A stretch of 63,469 bases of DNA, filler included. It is 7 parts of 7 records of this genome, joined end to end, with 100 filler letters (N's around TTAATTAATTAA, not from the genome) between each part and the next. Parts side by side here need not be neighbours in the genome. Positions count along the whole stretch, not along the records: positions 54,655 to 63,469 come from SRR31156797_56795; 6 more parts are not named here. One strand, given 5' to 3'. This document shows positions 59,692 through 63,469 of this stretch, in pieces. A program made the position numbers and the translations under genes. Under the pieces are notes generated by a model. It did no database searches. It saw nothing but the letters and a program-made list of their open reading frames with translations, and was not told the origin of the DNA. Each line of letters starts with the position of its first letter. The stretch's first letter is position 1.

Positions 59692-61074
59692 TCAGTCGGG
59701 TTTTTTGAGTCTGAGCCGTTCCAATCCCTTGGCATAGGCCTGAATCTGCCTGGGGGTTTCATGGGGACAAACCAACGAATATGCCTGATTCATGGCTTGG
59801 CGCACCTCCCCGTACCAGCCTTCCGAAAGCGAAGCGGTTTCATCATGGACGGTTTTAAAAAGAACGGCGTATCGCCGGTCCAGGCGGGACCAGAACTCAG
59901 TTTTGGCTTTTGATACGGGAATCACTTTGGGATCCATGTTCAGATCCTTGAAACAGGTTTTGACCGATTCGGCCAGGGCCCATTCCGCCTTTTCCGCCAG
60001 GGAAACGCCGGTTTCATATTGGGAAAGGCGGCTTGTATCCAGCAGCCCAAGGGGGAGACGAAACCGCCATTCCAGCATGTCGCTGAGTTTGGCGGCCTGT
60101 GCCCCGGTCTCGAGCCCTCCCACCCAGATTTCCACATGGTCGTTTTCCAAATCGTATGCCGCTTCAAGTAGTTTACCCAGGGCCGGAGCACCGCCCTCTC
60201 CGTTTTCGCTCGCATTGAAACTGAGAAGAGCACCCAGCTCCCGCCACATGTGTTTCTCGGATGAGAGGGGCAGATAAAACAGGTCACCGCTTTTGGCGTT
60301 GCTTTTTACCGTGGTGGAAGGCTCCCTGAAGGAAGGGAGTTGTTCGATTTTGAACCCCTTATGGGTGGGACCGATAATACACCGGTGATTTTCCCCCAGC
60401 TTTATGAACCGGGAGAGGGGGACAAGCCGCCCCAGGTAGGTGTGCCCGGCATTTTCAAAGGCGGTTTTATCCTCTACACTTCCCGGAAATTGTTCCCACA
60501 CCGGCTTTCCCCATTCCCCGTTGGGAAAGGTGCTGATCCCGAAATCATCATCCTTGCAAAGCAGGTTGAAAAACAGGGTCTCCAGCAGCGTATCCCCCAT
60601 GACAAAGGTGTGGGCCCATTTGATGCACGGGGCCGCAAAGGTTGCATCGCTGTATTGCCGTTTGTTCCATTGGGCCTGCCCCACCTTGCCGCCGGTGGAG
60701 AAATTGAGAAAGGTGATCAGATGGAGGGCGATTTCGGGATTACTAAAATTTCTCCCTTCGGCCGATGCCCCCTGGTCGAAGAGGGTGGCATTGTTGCCCG
60801 AGGATAGACGGCAGTCCAGCATATCCATGGGCTTGTCCTTGCCCGGTTCCACCATGAGGCCGGGGATCTGCATGAAAGGGGTGTCTCCCCGAAGCTCGAA
60901 TTGTTCCGTAAAGCGTTCCAGGTAGTCGAGGCTTTCGGGAATGATGCGGTCTTTGCATATATGCCATGCGTCAATATTTTCAGGGCCGTCCAGGGCCGCC
61001 TGGACAATGCAGATGAGCATCCGCATCAGGGCCACGCGCTGGGGCGGCGTAACTTCTAGGTCCGCACGGTCCAT
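59692..61074 (-). CDS. cas8e: Cas8e (Cse1/CasA), apparently lacking its normal N-terminus
   Basis: RVALMRMLICIVQAALDGP, FELRGDTPFMQ, GNNATLFD, YLGRLVPLSR, MWREL. The usual MNL..DPWIPV start and an RBS are missing. Confidence 0.85.
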   Translation of the reverse strand: MDRADLEVTPPQRVALMRMLICIVQAALDGPENIDAWHICKDRIIPESLDYLERFTEQFELRGDTPFMQIPGLMVEPGKDKPMDMLDCRLSSGNNATLFDQGASAEGRNFSNPEIALHLITFLNFSTGGKVGQAQWNKRQYSDATFAAPCIKWAHTFVMGDTLLETLFFNLLCKDDDFGISTFPNGEWGKPVWEQFPGSVEDKTAFENAGHTYLGRLVPLSRFIKLGENHRCIIGPTHKGFKIEQLPSFREPSTTVKSNAKSGDLFYLPLSSEKHMWRELGALLSFNASENGEGGAPALGKLLEAAYDLENDHVEIWVGGLETGAQAAKLSDMLEWRFRLPLGLLDTSRLSQYETGVSLAEKAEWALAESVKTCFKDLNMDPKVIPVSKAKTEFWSRLDRRYAVLFKTVHDETASLSEGWYGEVRQAMNQAYSLVCPHETPRQIQAYAKGLERLRLKKPD

Positions 61075-62569
61075 GTTTTAACAAGGAGATAGGGTGCATA
61101 AATGTAGCAATTCCCCTTGCCGAAACATTCAATCATTGCTTCGACGCTGTCGGCCCCTTCCGGTGAAGGGGAGATAATGAGGGTATGGGGATTGGCCGTC
61201 GGGCGCTTCTCTCTTTCATGTCGCCATTGCCGCCCCATGCGCTGAAGGAGCATGTCCGTGGGGGCGATTTCCGTAATCAGGAAATCGCAGTCGATGTCGA
61301 TGCTCTGCTCCAGTACCTGGGTCCCCACCAATACGCACCCTCTGGGTCTGTCCCCGTTTTTCCCCAGTTTGGATATCCACTCGGCTTCCAGGTTAGCCCT
61401 CCGAAATCCCGGAAACTTGGCGTGAATCATCCCCAAGGGAAAGGAACCCTCTCGCATTTCCCCGCGTACCGCGTCGAACCGGTCCTGGGCACGGGCCACG
61501 GTGTTGGCGATTAGGAGAACGCAGGCGCCGGCCTCCGCCGCCTTGATCGCTTTCCGGGCCACGGATGCGTCGTCAAGATCGCGGATTTCAACCCCATAAC
61601 ACTGTTCATGATTCCAGGCGCCCGGAATTTCCCTGATGACGTCGTCGGTTTTTCGTGTGATAAGAGGGTAGGGGTCCACACCATGGGATTTAAGCAGGGC
61701 CGTGGATTGCCCGAGCAGGGGACTTCTCCGCTTCCGGGTGAGGGTGGCTGAAAGGATGACGACCGTGCAGCCGATCACCAAAAGTCGGGACACCATCTCC
61801 TCCATCAGAGTGCCGGTGTAGAGATCGTAGGAATGGACTTCGTCCAGGATCACCACTTTTCCGGCCAGTCCAAAGGTCCGGCCGAAAAAATGTTTGACGT
61901 TTAATACGGAAAGAAGGGCCTGGTCGATGGTTCCCACGGCAAAGGGATGGAGAATTCTCCTCTTCCCGGCGTTGAACCATGATTCGCCTGGCCGAAACTC
62001 TTCTCCGCCCATGGAAAACTCCGTGAGCCATGCCTTTCCGTGGGCCAGTTTGGGCCGGGTCTCTGCCAGGCATATCCGGTAAAGAAAGGCCTCCACCCGT
62101 TCGTGGATTTTTTCGCTGGTGAGCCGGGTGGGAAGACCGAAAAACAGCCCCTTGTATGGTCCGGCCGTTTTCGATCCGGCCGAATACCGCCATGGTGGGC
62201 ACCCACAATTTCCGCCCACTGTTCATGTTTCAGGTAGTATTTTAGGGCCGCCATGCTGATCAATGAATGATCGGTTTTAAATTTGCTGATGGGAATTCTT
62301 GCCAGGCCGGGCAAAATTTCATTGAGGAATCGCACAAAATATTTGAGCTGAAATCCGGGAGAGACTTTGCCCACGTCATGGAGGGCCGCAACGGTTTCCG
62401 GGTTATGGCCCAGAAGGCCTTGCACTGAATCCGGAAATGTCTCAACCAGTGCCCTTGCCACATATCCCACGATGCGGCAATGATCGACCACCCGCATTCC
62501 CGGCGAGTTGTCAGGGGCGGTCTTGGCATGACAGACGTCAAAGGAAAGTGATGGATAATCCAAATTCAT
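61056..62569 (-). pseudogene. cas3: Cas3 disrupted by an internal frameshifting deletion and C-terminal loss
   Basis: The HD part (HCR, LHDVGK, GAHHG) jumps out of frame near 62160 into helicase motif Ia (LPTRLTS), and Walker A is absent. DEVH, SAT, TQVLEQSIDID and QRMGR are present. The ORF ends at PYLLVKTW. Confidence 0.85.
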
Positions 62570-62874
62570 ACCGCTCCAAACAAAATGATGAAAATGCCAT
62601 TTTAGAGAGCGAAGTTGGGGAAAATCCCCGATTGTGTATGGCAACGGGTTGAATCGTAATATGCAGTGGAAACGAAAACTAATCGGTAATTTGAATTATT
62701 ATAACGTCACTACCGGACGGCTGCGAAATTGTCAAGGCGAATCTTTTAAGGGAAACGGAAACCTTTATCCTTGATATTTGCCGGGAATTGGTTAATGAAG
62801 GGATTGTTTTTGGGTGATCCGGGAGATTTCAAATTGAGAAAGGGTTTCCGGGCGAGAAATTAAAGGAAAGGGAA

Positions 62875-63469
62875 ATGATGAAGAACTACCGCTGGTTTGT
62901 TTTTGTTGCGCTGTTGATCATATCCGGGTGTCAGGGAAACGGCAACGGACCGCAGGTCCATGTGACGTCCGATTTTGAATCGGGGAGCATCGGCCGGGTC
63001 CTGATCATCAGCGACAGGGAGCTGGAACTCTCCCTGGCCGACGACAACCATAATCCGGAACTCCCGAAACGGTGGCGAAACTGGTGGTATGTGCGAATCG
63101 ACAATCTCTCCGTTACAGAGCCGGTGATTATCCGGCTGAAAAACCGGGGATGGCCTTACTACTACCTGCCGGTCTATTCCTATGACCGGGAAACATGGCA
63201 TCGCTTTACCGAAGAGGAGGTCCGGCAGGAAGCCGAAGACGAAATCACCATGGAGAAGCGGTTTGATTCCGACACCGTCTGGATTGCACGGTTCTATCCC
63301 TATACTTTCTCAAACCTGGAAGCGTATATTCAAAGCGTTGAAGATATTCCGTATATGGCGGTTGAAACAGCGGGCACGACCCGGGAGGGCCGTCCCATCC
63401 GGCTCCTGACATTAACCGATTTTGATGTTCCCCATGGGGATAAAAAGAGGGTATGGATGCACGCCCGCA
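62875..63469 (+). CDS. M14 zinc carboxypeptidase-like lipoprotein (3' partial; absent from the ORF track)
   Basis: Translated by hand: MMKNYRWFVFVALLIISGC (lipobox)...SDFESGSIG...WWY...ARFYPYT...TREGRPI...RVWMHAR. The frame stays open to the window end. Confidence 0.8.
   Translation, partial: MMKNYRWFVFVALLIISGCQGNGNGPQVHVTSDFESGSIGRVLIISDRELELSLADDNHNPELPKRWRNWWYVRIDNLSVTEPVIIRLKNRGWPYYYLPVYSYDRETWHRFTEEEVRQEAEDEITMEKRFDSDTVWIARFYPYTFSNLEAYIQSVEDIPYMAVETAGTTREGRPIRLLTLTDFDVPHGDKKRVWMHAR

Overview
The window joins seven separate contigs with 100-bp N44-TTAATTAATTAA-N44 spacers, so gene context must not be read across the spacers. The contigs come from at least two lineages: GC-richer Desulfobacterota-like and AT-rich Bacteroidota-like. 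(1) 1-19325: a long + strand envelope operon with a secreted vWA protein, TagT/TagS/TagR/TagQ-like genes, an S41 protease, a giant Ig-repeat protein and a beta-propeller gene broken by a stop codon. No kinase or T6SS core gene is visible. (2) 19426-24753: four tandem radical SAM/SPASM-twitch paralogs and a glycosyltransferase-TPR gene. (3) 24854-34569: a Bacteroidota SQR-DUF1641-TusE-DsrE2 sulfur operon divergent from an Fnr-type regulator, plus metal-homeostasis genes. (4) 34670-40624: alternative complex III (actB-F). (5) 40725-48351: an arsenosugar-type cluster whose ArsS looks like a selenoprotein (UGA plus SECIS-like hairpin), several deletion remnants, and a sigma54-driven MCP. (6) 48452-54554: mixed genes including cytochrome P460, AmpG and PilZ. 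(7) 54655-63469: a type I-E CRISPR-Cas locus. Its cas3 appears doubly deleted, and a stand-alone DEDDy/YprB-like exonuclease sits in frame directly behind cas2 and directly before a very short leader. That last arrangement is the best candidate for an unusual system. All family assignments come from motifs recognised by eye; no searches were run.
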